From the human T2T-CHM13v2.0 reference genome, Homo sapiens, in the NCBI RefSeq assembly GCF_009914755.1, contig NC_060927.1: a stretch of 64,000 nucleotides of DNA; one strand, given 5' to 3'. Position 1 is the first letter of the stretch; each line of letters opens with the position of its first letter. This document shows, one piece after another, positions 40,243 through 63,313 of this stretch. The notes beneath the pieces are model-generated. The model was not told where the DNA came from, did no database searches, and saw only the letters and a list, made by a program, of their open reading frames with translations. The position numbers and the translations under genes were made by a program.

Positions 40243-41394
40243 ACCAATGGCCCTTTTATACTCTTTGTTCTTGGATGAGAACCACAAAGCCTCCCACGCA
40301 CCTGCTCATTCTCCAGAGACCTTAGTCCTGCAATCTCCTCATGGTCAGTGGGAACTTGAGGCTGGCATAGTGGTCAAACTTGTTTCTTCTGAGGGCACTC
40401 TTCCAAGGATATTTGGGCTACCTGTGGTGTCGCAGTGTCTTGGGCCACCAGATGTGGATGACTGGTCTCTGGGGAATGGGCAGGTGCGATGGAGGCTTTG
40501 TCCTGTGGACACCTTTCAGCACTGCCTTCTTGGCCCTTAAAGTCTTCACTTTGGCTTTGGCTTGAGGAGGGGCAGGAGCTTCCTTCTTCGCCTTGAGTGC
40601 CATCTTGTGAAAAGTTCTTTCCTATTTTAGACTTCAGCACCTGAACAAGAGTGGGCAGATATGTACTCCAAGCTCCAATGATGACCGTGAACCCTACAGA
40701 GTTGGAAGTGTGGAAAGCGAGGCATTGTGTCCCTTGTCTGAGACTTTGTCCTTTTGCCCTGAGCAAAAGTCTGGACCTCACTGAGCTGCCCTACAACCAT
40801 GTGGCTGTCCCTTCCTTTTCTAATGCTGGCCTTTCTCCCTTCTCATATTCCCCCTTTCTTCTGTAGCCCTAGTGGGGTCCCTGCATCTCCCAACTCCATT
40901 TTTCTGAGTCACCAACACTCTTATCAGAAATATCCTGGCCCTAGTTCTCTCTTGTCCCTATAAATTGTGCAGCCTCCAGCATCTCTCTCTGCTGTCCTCA
41001 CTTTCTGTCACTGGGTACAGAGAAGAGGTAGCTCTGAGACCCAAGAGTGGACATAAAGGACATTCAGGATAAAAGGGACTCCCATTTCAAAGTGCAGTTT
41101 GCTCTCCCCCAAATATGTTAGCAAAAAAATTAGACCCATCTTGCACCTCAAGGATTAGTTAACTTTCAAAGGGGCTACATAAGTACTTCGCATTCCTTTT
41201 GTCAACACAGCTTTAATCTTTCACTTTGTAGAACAGAGGTCCCGCTGCCTTCTCAACCCTAGGTCTTTATCACAATGTGCTTTTCCATTAACTCGGGGAA
41301 ATTATGCTCACATGTTCCTGCCTAATTCTTGGGTTCCTACAGTGGATGGGAAGGTAGGAAATGGGAGAGGCTTTGAAGAGAAAGGTTTTTATGT

Positions 41395-45530
<4,136 letters not shown>

Positions 45531-45801
45531 ATGCCCCCTGTAGAAGGTGGAGAGCCTTTCAGCAGCGGATGCATTCACATGATCACCAATGTGCTGTAGG
45601 CCCATCGATTGCTCTGTGGAGGCTGGTTTCAAGGAAGGAAAGGCCGAAGGCAGACAGACTAGGTGAAAGACGATCCAGGCCTTGCTGTGAGCTGAAGCGG
45701 GTACTCCAAAACTCAGTTGTTCAAGCTTAACACCTTGTACCTCCAGCAACTGTATTTGGAGATACAGTTTGGAGGTGCTTAGGTTAACATGAGGCTGTTA
45801 A

Positions 45802-46620
<819 letters not shown>

Positions 46621-47815
46621 TTATTTTTTGTCACACCAACAAATTCAGCTTCGAAGGAAGAGAAATTTGAACAATATTGACAGAAAGTTGAAGGGCAGGC
46701 AACTGGTAACGGCTCAGGCCTGACTGAGGGGGTTCACTATCCTGCTTATTCCAGACAAGCGGTCTGTTAGATTTTCCATCAGCCCAAATAACCTTCTACA
46801 GGGTGGAATTTATCATTTCCCAAGAGAGAAGCATCCGCTGCACCCTCAAAGCACAGCCACACAAAGACCTGTGGCTAAACTGGACACTTTGCTTGCCACT
46901 GATCTACTAGACGCATGGTTTCCAGAAGGAGATTGTCTGTGGCCGCAAACGGATTGCGAGCAGACTGCGAAGGGGTAGTGAAACCACCGCGGGGCTTCGG
47001 AAATGCTTCTCCGCTGAGCAAAGCTAAAAAGAAGTCTACAAGACACCGTGGATTTGGATGAAAAGAGTCTGCCTCCCCTTTGTCAACAGAAAGCCACAAG
47101 CACGCGTGTGCTGTGATGTGAAATGCTGGCATGAAGCAGCAGGAGTTTCCATTTTGTCACACTATAGGGAAACGCTGGAGCATCTCTGCAGCTGTCCCAC
47201 TGACCCCCAGGACAACTGGAAGTCTAACATTTTTCCTTCTCATCACCTCCTCCACCCCTGGTGAAAGCTTTCCTGCCTCTTTGCCTTTCTGGATGGGAGA
47301 GCGCAGCTGGGGACACCCGAGGCAGCTCAAGCTGGAACACAAGGGCAGGGAAAAGCAGCGGACAAGATATGAAAGGGCTTGGGAGACATGGGAGTGAGAT
47401 TGAAGGGCCCGAAGCACAGACAGAGCTGGCCCACGAGAGAGGAAGTGTTGCCTAGGATGTACTGTCTCTTCTCCTTCCTGGGATGATGAGAGGGCAGGAG
47501 CCACCTCGGACAGGTGTGCCCCCGTGCCCAGTGGAGTTCGCTAGAAGTGAGGCCTGCTGCTTCCCAACAGCTAAGTCATGGTGGAAAGCAGAGTGAAAAT
47601 GTTTTCTTCCAGGAAAACAGGACCTCTGTTTCCATGACGCAGCCTCTGCTATTATCACACTGTGTGACCTGGACAAGTGTCAACCTTTCAATCTGTAGTT
47701 TCATCTGTAGATAATAATACCTGCCTCTTTGGGCGTCATGACGCAGAGTTATTAAGTACAGAGAGAATGAGTAAATATTCATCAAACTCCAAGACACCAG
47801 TAGGTGAAAGGTTTA

Positions 47816-48005
<190 letters not shown>

Positions 48006-50629
48006 ACTAATTCGGCTGGGGAAGGGTAGTGATAAATTTGCAGTTAACAGAATGTTTAAGTCTGAAGCCATGGCTGTTATGGTAGAGATCTCTTCAGGGC
48101 CCAGGCAAGACTTCGGTCACTGCGGCCAGGGCCAGGACTCGGTTCCTATCTCCCCCTCGCTGCCCTTGCATTGTTCTCCAAATCCCCTGGTGACCGAGCA
48201 GATACCCTGGAGGGACGAAACGAGGCCCACCCTGGCTTCCTCGAGCAGGACAGGGCCTGCCTGTGTGCTTTTCTTTAGTCTCAGAAAAGCCAAAATTAGC
48301 CTCACTTTTGTTTCTTTTCTCAGGAGCCTCTAAATTGTATCTCAGGAAAGGATTATTGTGCTCTAGGGACCCTATCTTATCGTGGGGTGTGGGGGAGGCG
48401 ATGAGTGAAAGGAAAATGGTCTTTGACAAATTGGTTCAATTCGGACAATCACGTGATTTTCCAGTAATTGCCCACCACTGCTGTAGTGAGCTATTGTTTC
48501 ACTTCCCAAATATTTAGTCAAGTAGGAGGCCTGAGAAAACTGGGGAGGGTCAGAGGCTGGAGAGCACGCTCATGGAGGGGAAAAGTGCTGTTTTTGGTGA
48601 TCTCTGCATATTGTTGTGAATGGTAATACTAAGGACGCTCTGGACTCTTTATCACTAACTTTGAAGGACTGACAACCACTTTAGGTGTAAGGAGACCCCT
48701 CAGGGACACCCCCTGCCGGAATGCACTGCCGTGGGGGAAGAGTCCTTCTGAGGCGTGGGCTCTGGAGCTGGTAGCTTTTGAGCCTAGTTTGATCCAGCTC
48801 TTCCCTGCTTCATGGCCGACCAGGCTGCCTTGCTGACCCCTCTGAGGAGATAAGGGAGTATTGTTTTACCTCTCCTGGTGAACACCGCTGAGAAAAACAA
48901 AGTCACACACTGTGAATTAGGGGACAAATGAGACTCGGGCTGCCGGAGCTAAAGGCTTCACACAAAGAATCCAAGGCATGACCAGGCATTTGCTCTTATG
49001 CAACTTTTCAAAAATTCCTGGGTCTCCAGGGAAAAAGAGCATGAGCTCTGGGGTGACCTCACCCTGCCTCACTCAGCCTGACATCACGGGACATTTGGGG
49101 GATTAGGTCGGACGGTGGCGGCAGCGGCAGCACGTGAGAATGTGTGTTATCGACGGGGAACACTTTTCCCGTGCTCTCATGTGGTCATCTGTCTGATATG
49201 CCTGTGGGTGGAGGTGGGCAGAGGGGAAGGGAGTGTCCTGTCACCGGCGACAGAAAAGAGCCATGAGGTCATTGGAGCCCAAGGCTTTCCTCACTGACCA
49301 TCGGCAGCAATTGTCTTCCCAGCTTCCACTCCCAAGGGTTCACCTCCGCTCCCACAGAGGGTTCTGATCTTGGGATTCCTGCTTTGGACACACATTTTCT
49401 TCCATCTGAAAATAGGCCCTGATAGTCGGACAGGGGATATATTATTTGGAGAGAGATTTGGCAATTAACTTTGACAATTTTGTTTTTTTCCAGCTTCTGA
49501 TGACAATTCCCTCACATCTGAGCCCCTCTGAGATGCTGCCCTTGCTTCTTATAACTCCCTGCCTAGGCATGATGTGCAGGCAGCCCTTCGCCCACCTTGC
49601 CCACACCCTCCCCGCCCAGGGTTCCTCACCATGCATCTCACTGCGATCTGGGATCCCTCCCACTCCTCCACCTCCATCCCACTGAATCAGCGTCGCCGAT
49701 CAGGAGCTGAGACCTGAGAAGCTGTATAAGAAGCAGACCACTCCCGCGATTCTGCTGCCCACTGAACTGGAGAATCATTGAGTCGGCTGATCTCTAACCA
49801 CCGACTCAGAGCCTGCGTTCTAGAATCGAAATGTTCCCAGGGAAGGCAGCCTCAAGGGAATCAACGGACAGCCTCCCACTTGTGCAGGGGTTTTAATAAC
49901 CATTAGGTCTCAGTCTTCCTACCTCAGTGATTCTCTTCCTTGGCTGCATGTTGGAATCATGCCTGGGGTTTTTTAAAGTTACACATAATATGGTTCCCAG
50001 CAGAGATGAGACATACGGGCTTTCCCCACCCCGCTTCTCTAAGAAGCAAAAAATGGCCTTGGAATCCCAGGCAGTGGTACCACCGGAAGTGTAATGTTGA
50101 CACCTGGTAAGGAAATCTCCCAACTAAGTCACCTGGAGGCACAGAGGGCAGCCATCTGAACAGAGTGGGGACTGGGGATCCCAGGACTTACTGTGGTAAT
50201 TTCCTTTAGAAGAATCGCTTCAGTGTTGGAGAAAGGGGTGCTCTCAGACGCTTAGGCTCCAAGGCGGCCAAACAAATGCTGCAGACCCTGGGGTGGATCT
50301 CTGGGGAAGAGCGGGCAAGAGCGTGGAGGTCCTGGCTCCCTGTGCTGGTGAGGCTGGAACGGGGTCTGACACAGCATCCCACAGCCAGCTGGTGTCCCAC
50401 GAGGAGGCTGTATAGGTGAACTTAGGAGTCCAAGTAGGGATTCCTTGGCCAGGATTAGCAAGAGGGAGGGGAAGGTGGTCTCTTCTTGAAGAGGCACAGC
50501 TGCCCTGCGAGGCTGCTAGGAGCAGCTGGAGGGTACAAGCTAAGGATGGGGCAGGACCAGTGACTGACAGTGACACCATGAGGCAGTGAGCGGTCACAGC
50601 AGAGGTAACCGTAACTGCTAATAGTGATT

Positions 50630-50990
50630 TGGTGTTGTTTGCCCAGCATTGATCAATGTGCCTTACACTTATTAATTCACCCGATAACAGTTCTGTGAGG
50701 AAGTCATTATCACCCCCACTGTAGAGAGAAGGAAATGGAGGCATGAAGGCTACACAATTAGAGTGGCTGCCAGTCTGTGAACCCAGGCAGTCTGGCTCTG
50801 GAGCCCACACCCCTACCCAGGAGGCCTTGCTGCCTTCATGGCAATAGCCTTCATTTATTGAGCACTTACTATGTGCTGTCACAGCCTCTGTGCTCTTTCA
50901 GCCTTCACCGCAATCTTCTGAGGTGGGGCATACTTTTCTTCTCATTTCACAGATAAGGAAAGTGAGGCGCAGGAAAGAAAAATAGGCAAC
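50630..50990. mobile_element. MIR fragments
   Basis: 'tgaacccaggcagtctggctctggagccc', 'catttcacagataaggaaagtgaggc'. Confidence 0.7.
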
Positions 50991-51036
50991 TGCTTACCAT
51001 CCATTCTCTCCCCTCTGGGAGTGGAAGCCAGACTAA

Positions 51037-51377
<341 letters not shown>

Positions 51378-51544
51378 TAAGCCTTTAGGGTTCTCAGAAA
51401 ACTCAGGGTAGGTGGAAGCTTCAACAGGGGATTCTGGGCATCCTGCAATACAACGTTTGCCCTCTTGAGTGCAGAACTGGAAAAACAAAGATTATAGGAC
51501 ATTCTTTCTCCCTCTAAATTTGTGAAAGCAAATCATACCAATTA

Positions 51545-51671
51545 TAGGGGCCTCATCCCAGATCCATTTAATCAGAATACATGAAGAGTGGGGCCAGGAA
51601 ATCTGAATTAAATCAAAACCAAAAACAAACCACAGGTGATTCTGGTGCACAACTGGGGTTGAAAATCACTG
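51545..51671. mobile_element. MER5A-like hAT DNA transposon fragment
   Basis: 'aatcagaat...ggggccaggaaatctg...caggtgattctggtgcac...ttgaaaatcactg'. Confidence 0.65.
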
Positions 51672-51717
51672 CGTTATCTCACGGTCATATGCATGGCCCC
51701 AGTGAGCAGTCAGCACT

Positions 51718-52385
51718 GTTTCACCTTGCCCGCTGCCTAGACACAGCCTATTTATCAAGACAGGGGAACTGCAGTAGAGAAAGAGTAATCCATGCAGAGC
51801 CGGCCGTGTGGGAGACCGAAGCTGTATTATTACTCAAATCAGTCTCCCCGAGCATTCGGGGAGCAGAGTTTTTAAGGACAGCTTGGTGGGTGTGGAGAGC
51901 CAGTGAGCCGGGAGTGCTGATTGATCAGGGATGATATCACAGGGAGTCAGCTGTCTTCTTGCGCTGAGTCAGTTCCTGGGTCGGGGCCACAAGATCAGAT
52001 GAGCCAGTTTATCCATCTGGGTGGTGCCAGCTGATCCATCAAGTGTGGAGTCTGCAAAATATCCCAAGCGCTGATCTTAGGAGCAGTGTAGGGAGGGTCA
52101 GAATCTTGTAGCCTCCAGCTGCATGGCTCCTAAACCATCATTTCTAATCTCTTGGCTAATTCGTTTGTCCTACAAAGACAGTCTAGACCCCAGGCAAGAA
52201 GGAGGTTTGTTTTGGGAAAGAGCAGCTGTCGTCTTTGCTTTAAAGTAGAAACTAAGTTTCTCCCAAAGTTAGTTCACCTTCGCCCAGGAATGAACAAGGA
52301 CAGCTTGGAGGTTAGAAGCAAGATGGAGTTGGTTAGGTCAAGTCTCTTTCACTGTCTCGCTTACAGTTTTGCAATGGCGGTTTCA
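51718..52385 (-). mobile_element. LTR8 (ERV1) solo LTR
   Basis: Reverse complement starts tgaaaccgccattgcaaaa...gacctaaccaactccatcttgcttctaacctccaagctgtccttgttcattcctgggc. Confidence 0.85.
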
Positions 52386-53165
52386 TTTCCAACAACAACT
52401 TCTAGTTTTCAAATTCTCTTGCTTAGAAAGAAGCTGCATGCGAGACCTGAGCAAAACTCCTCTCCTGTCACAGAGGGGATGTTGCTCAACAGGCAAGAGA
52501 ACGTGCCAAGGAAGGAGTTGGGTCAGGCCTGGGGCAGACAAGCAAACATCCAGGCACTCTATTCTTACCCTTCCCCCTGCCTTCTCTACTTGGAGAATCA
52601 TCAACTGGTCTTAAAAGCCAGGCCCATGAAGCCATGTCTTCTTGGTGAACACTCCCCCTGTCTGGCCTCCGCCTCCTCCTGGCCTCTCCTCCTGGGCACT
52701 GCGCTTCCCCTACAGGGCTGAGGTGCCCTTGCAGACAAGGGCTGGGAGTTATTCCTGTGCTCCCCCTGCCCCAGCAGGGTGCCTTGGACATAGTAACCCC
52801 TCAGGAAGTGTCAGTCCAATGAACATAAGGGAAAGGAAGATGGGAGGAGTGAAGACAGAGGGACAGAGAAGTCAAAGGGTAAAGCGGTAACCATATTTGG
52901 GGGATGGCCAGTGAAAGGTGATTTAATGCCAACCCCATGAGTAAATGGGATCTTTACTCTGACCCATGGGACAGCCGGTCCAGGTACTCACCTGGTCACC
53001 CTCTACCTGTGGATCACAAATACTGAGAGAAACATGAGAACAACATGCATGATTGTACCAGGAATCATTTATTATCATTGTTGATCCTTATTATGACCCT
53101 CTGAGATAAGCAGGGTAGATATTAATAATCCCATTTTGCAGCTGAGGAAGCTAAAGCTCCAAAAG

Positions 53166-53773
<608 letters not shown>

Positions 53774-53842
53774 GCTCAGAATGTAGCTACTAAGCAGAAG
53801 GTGGGTTAATGCAAGTTCATCGTGAGGCAAAAATAGCTCAGA

Positions 53843-54515
<673 letters not shown>

Positions 54516-55097
54516 CCAAAACATCTCTATAGGTGGGTTGAGGCTGTGTTGGAATTACTCCAGTAACACGGAGCCCGTGCAACCATTGCAGCTCAGACAG
54601 GACCACATGAAAGCTCTCCTTTACCCTAACTTACAGTCTTTCTCTGTATCACATGCCCATTAGCTCAATCCTCTCCTCCTGAAGACCAATCCAAAGGCAT
54701 CAGCTCCTTTCCACTCTGCGGGCTCTGTGCTACCACCCCTAACGTGACAAGACCAATATCCAGGACTGAGCCTAGGCCTTGCTTCCCACCCCGTGAAGTA
54801 GGAGGCTGCCAGCCCCTGCTCGGCTGGGACACTGACTCATTCGTGACAGTGTGGGTGAGTCACTGCTTGCCTACAAGGGGTCTACTTCCCGGTTAAGGTG
54901 CTATTAAAAGGGTAACAGCCTCTGCCACTCTGCTCACTCAGGAGACAGTGGAGCATCTAAGGTGTCTCAATCTTGCCTCCTCAGAAGTTCAAAGGTCTTT
55001 ACTTATACAATCTCATAATAAAAATATACTCAGGACCTAAAAGACATCCTGATGACTTTTAAAGAAATATGGAACTAGACCTAAAACAGGGGATGCT

Positions 55098-55636
<539 letters not shown>

Positions 55637-56291
55637 ATGGTTTCTAGTTTTTGGAGGCACCATAGAGTAAAGCAGGTAGAAGAGGAGTACACTTTTTTTC
55701 TTTCTTTCTTTTCTTTTTTTTTTAATGAACAAGAATAGGAGTCCCACAGTTGGTGAATGGTGGGAGTTAGGACTGGTCCCCATCAGAGCTGGCGTTCTGG
55801 AGACCACACAGGTGCTGACAGCCCCGGGCACTGATGTGCGTCAGCTCGGGCCGAGTGCTGGCTGCCCTGGCTGGGATTGGCAGCAGCACTTCTGAGCCTG
55901 GCGCTTTATTGTGTACTATCTTATCTCAATAGGAAAAGGCAATTCAGGGGAAGAATTTCCCTGTCACAGTGCTCCAGACTTTCCATTGTCCAGCTTTCTT
56001 AGTCCTGGGTCATCCCCTGGGTCTGACCATTACTCATATCCATGGAGGCACCTTATCAGGGCTGTCTAAGATATGGGGCCTATTTTTTTCTCAGTACCAG
56101 ACAAACTGGAATTTATCCACCCTTTGTGGCCTGACATCACACGACAATTAGTCGGCCCAGAATCCAGCCACATTTGGGAAGCTGCTTGAAAAGCAGTCTC
56201 TAATAACCAGCTCTTTCCTTGCAAAGCCCTAGAATTTCAGGGTCCTCTGCTGGCAACAGTGGTGGAGATGCGTGGAGACCCCATCTCATGA

Positions 56292-57011
<720 letters not shown>

Positions 57012-57117
57012 TAGATTAATCCATTGTTCCCGTTTTTCCGTTTGCTTTGTCTCTCTCCAACTACCTGAAAAATTTATAATTTTTTTCTGCTGAAATATTT
57101 AAAAGTCAGTTGCTTGG

Positions 57118-57443
<326 letters not shown>

Positions 57444-57814
57444 TCACTCCTAAGTAGTTCAGCATGTATATCCAAAGGGGCGTTCTCCTGTGCAACCATA
57501 ATATTATTAAGAAAGGAAACAATAAAGTTAGCTAATACACTGTACATATTCAAATTTGCTCAATTGTCCCAGTAATCCCATATAGCTCTCCCACCCCATC
57601 CCCACTGCAGACTCCTTTAAACTAGAACAGTTCTCTTAAGATGTATTTAAGTATTTCCACAGTCAAGAAACATCTACTACAAAAATCCACATAATCTTTT
57701 TACAACAGAATCTAATGACTTCTAAGACTTTTCTGATCTATCAAAATTTTTCTTATAATTGTGAATGGTGGCTCAAGCTCTCTTGTGTTCTACCTTTACT
57801 AGTTTACATTATGG

Positions 57815-59030
<1,216 letters not shown>

Positions 59031-59571
59031 TTGAGTATCAGGGCTTTAGGCTATACTGGCTAGCAGAAGGTAAGGCCCATGAAATGGCCCTTTTCATCCA
59101 TGGCCATGCTGTCCTTGGGAAAGATGGTGGTGGCCGCCGTGTATGACGTCCCTTGTTCCAGCTGTGGGTTTAGAGAATCCCTCAGATTTCCTCTGGAGAT
59201 TCCAGGTGCCAAGACACCTGTAGGAGGAAGGCCGGAAGGGAAAGGTCAAGTCCGGAGCAGAGGCGTGGACCGCGGCAGGCTGCTGTTGGAGCGTGCTGGG
59301 CTCAGAAGCCGGGTTCTAGCTAGGAAACTGCGGAGTGGCCAAGGAGTTCCTGGCGCGAGGCACGCCACACAACCCTCGGATGCGAAGACGGTGACCATCC
59401 ATTTCTCAATACGCCAGTGGCCCTGCCGTGCTACTGAGCCTCGTCAGCCTGTATAATGGAAGCTGAAGATGATGCAGCTCAGGAAAAGCAAGTATGATCT
59501 TAAGAACCCTGTAGCTGGAAAGCATGTTCCAAATCAAACCTAATGGAGACAACTACTAGAAGGTATAAAAG

Positions 59572-59878
<307 letters not shown>

Positions 59879-60128
59879 TAAAAAGGAGTCTCTTGGAGGC
59901 AAAGGGACAGAACATTATTGTTTTTCATCATAAACCTTTTGGTGCAATCTGATTTTCTTTTTTTAAACCATGTACTTGCACTATTTTTATCTCAAAAAAG
60001 GTTTTTAATGCATTTAAAAACAAAGAAAAGAATGGTTTATAATACACCGTTAGGCTTCTGGGAGGTCTGAAACACACTATGAACCGTAAAATAACCTTGT
60101 AATTATCTCCTTAAAAACCGAGTGGGGT

Positions 60129-60415
60129 GGGCCAGGCGTGGTGGCTCACGCCTGTAATCCCAGCACTTTGGGAGGCCGAGGCGGGCGGATCACGAGGTCA
60201 GGAGTTCGAGACCAGCCTGACCAACATGGTGAAACTCCGTCTCCACTAAAAATACAAAAATTAGCCGGGCGTCGTGGCGCGCCCCTGTAGTCCCAGCTAT
60301 TCAGTCGCAGAAGAATCGCTTGAATTCGGCAGGCGGAGGCTGCAGTCAGCAGAGACCGCGCCACTGCATTCCAGCCTGGGCGACAGAGACTCCGTCTCAA
60401 ATAAACAAACCAAAA
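60129..60415 (+). mobile_element. Alu, CpG-rich, abutting the CpG island
   Basis: Full dimer with most CpGs retained. Confidence 0.93.
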
Positions 60416-60419
60416 CTGA

Positions 60420-60900
60420 ACTACGGAGACGCCCTCGACAGTTCTTTCCCGGCTGCGTCGCCGCTGGCTGAGGTCAGAAACGCCGGCCTTCGGCTGCGGC
60501 GGCGGCTGCGGCGGCGGGGCGGGGCCGCGGGACTCTCGCTCCTCGCGGGAGGCGGTGGCTGCGGAGTGCGCACGCGCGGAACCGCAATTCCGTTCTTCCC
60601 GGAAGTGCCCTGCTGGTGCTGGGAGTAGGGCGCAAGATGTCGGCGGATGCAGCTCCGAGGAGGTAGGCAGTGGGAGCCGGCGTTCAGTCCGGCCCGTGCC
60701 AACAGTGGTTCCTCTCTCCCCCGTAGTTCGAGGAGACCACGCGCTGCCCCTCTGGCACGATCGTGGATGAACCCCCTGGCAACTGAAATGGGAAAGGCAG
60801 CGCCCCCGACTCTGGGGACTGGACCGAAGTCCACGGTAGTGACAGCTGCCAGACCCTGAGGAGAGGACGAGAAGACCCGAGGCCTCTGCTACGAACACTG
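60420..60900 (+). promoter_or_regulatory. CpG-island housekeeping-type promoter
   Basis: Dense CpG; (GCG)n 60491-60516; GC box ggggcggggc 60516-60525; NRF1-like tgcgcacgcgc 60567-60577; ETS ccggaagtg 60599-60607; YY1-like caagatgtcggc ~60633-60644. Confidence 0.85.
60600..60662 (+). other. Probable first exon of an unidentified + strand gene
   Basis: Follows the ETS site; ATG at 60637 in strong -3A context (aagATG; MSADAAPR..); donor GAG|GTAGGC at 60662/60663. Confidence 0.5.
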
Positions 60901-61792
60901 GCAGCCGATGGAAAATTCAGACGGATTTGGGACAGTATGCAGAGTTCTCCAAGCGACAGATTAACAGAGGCTCTTGAAGAATAACTGCGTAATCACGTGT
61001 TCTGCTCAAAAGAAGGCCTGAATGCCCAGTGCCTTATTTGGCTTTCAGGGTTGGTGAAAGAAAAAGCAAAGTAGATGCTTTCTAATGCTAAGTCATTTAA
61101 TGTAGCACCATTCCTTGAACTTCTTTCATCTCTAAGGTCGTCCCTTTCACCTGATGATGACCTTTGGGCCATCGTACAGGCATGTGTAAACTTGGAGATC
61201 TTCCTCAACATTGCACCATATCTTGGGTTCATTCAAGGCAGAGTCTCCTTGCAAAAGCATTCTAAAACAATGTAAAGTCGAAGAGAGTAGAGCAATACCT
61301 CCATAGTTGGAAAATGTGGAGGAGGCCAATTAAGGGACAGAAAAAGAAGTGCAGAGAATCTTGGAATTGTTGCAAAATTATTCTGGAGATATTTCTAAGT
61401 CTCCTCTATCCTTTTCCTTAGTGATTAATACAGGTTTTTATATTAAGTGGACAGTAAAATCCAAACAGAAAGAGGTATATGTCGTATAATGAAGCCTATG
61501 TTCAAAGTATATCTGAAATTTGTTTTTATAATGTCTTTCTTGAGAGCTTATAAAGATGTCAGTATTCTGTGGGAAACAAATTGGCACATGCATAAAAGAG
61601 AAAAAATGAAAAAAATCAGGCCCAACTTTCAGTTTACAGATGAGGAAACTGTGACATAGAAAAGGAAATGACAAAGATCACACTGAATCAGACCTGGGAA
61701 CTGGAGCCCAGCCATGCTCCTTGGCCCAGTGCCTCTTCTTATTCTAGGAGCTCATACCCCTTTGAAAGAAACATAATATGAATGTGTCTTCA

Positions 61793-62263
<471 letters not shown>

Positions 62264-62987
62264 TCACTAATTGGGGTTGTGTTTAAGGGCATTCAAACCT
62301 CTGAAATCTCTTCCATCTGCAGGTCTAATTATTTGGTTACTCTTTCAGTACATGTGTGCAGGAAGCATGGGGGGAAAGAAAACTAATCCCTCTCCAAAGT
62401 CTTCTTTGAATAGGTATTATGTTTGCATTTTCATACATGTTAGTTCACTTAGTCTTCACCATAGGCTTTCTAGGTTGGTATTATTCTTAGTCTACCTAAG
62501 AAGTTCACAAAGGTTAGGTGACATGCTCCAAGCCACACAGATGATAGGCGGCACAACCAGATGATACTACAGGTCTCCAGATGAGTGAGCCAATGATTAC
62601 ATAGTTTGTTCCCCAGCCCCTCCCCAGTGTAGGTAAAGTGCCTGCACTGCTCACTGGGTCATCAGAGCAAGTTGCTCCCACTGCCCTCTTGGTCTAACGG
62701 CTAGAAACAAAGCTGCAACAGAGGCCCACTCCTACTAGGAGACAGGCATTTTAATTGGCACCTCCTTACAAAGGCTCCAGTGTTCTAGAGCTTTGCATAC
62801 AGGAAGATTCTCGTTGAACAATGAAGCCAAACCTCGCTTCCAAAATTCCCAGTTTGGTAGTTCACTGTGGATGAAGAGGCCGGAGACACCCTTAGACAAG
62901 CTGGGACCGTGATGATAGGAACCAGTTTGTGAAGGGAGGAGGCTGGGCTAACAGGATCTAGGGAGATAGATGATATCTGGACCTTAG

Positions 62988-63313
<326 letters not shown>

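Noticed and set aside
47733-47744. Perfect 12-bp palindrome gcgtcatgacgc
   Set aside because: Isolated, within MIR-like sequence; palindromes of this length are expected by chance in 64 kb
52152-52721. 189-aa ORF
   Set aside because: Begins inside the antisense LTR8 and has a non-ATG start
60600-60662. Assigning a gene name from MSADAA (cf. NHERF1/SLC9A3R1 N-terminus MSADAAAG)
   Set aside because: The sequence diverges after six residues and no PDZ-coding sequence follows; the gene is left unnamed
60146-60898. 250-aa and 137-aa ORFs over the CpG island
   Set aside because: Stop-poor GC-rich sequence plus Alu; no recognisable domain
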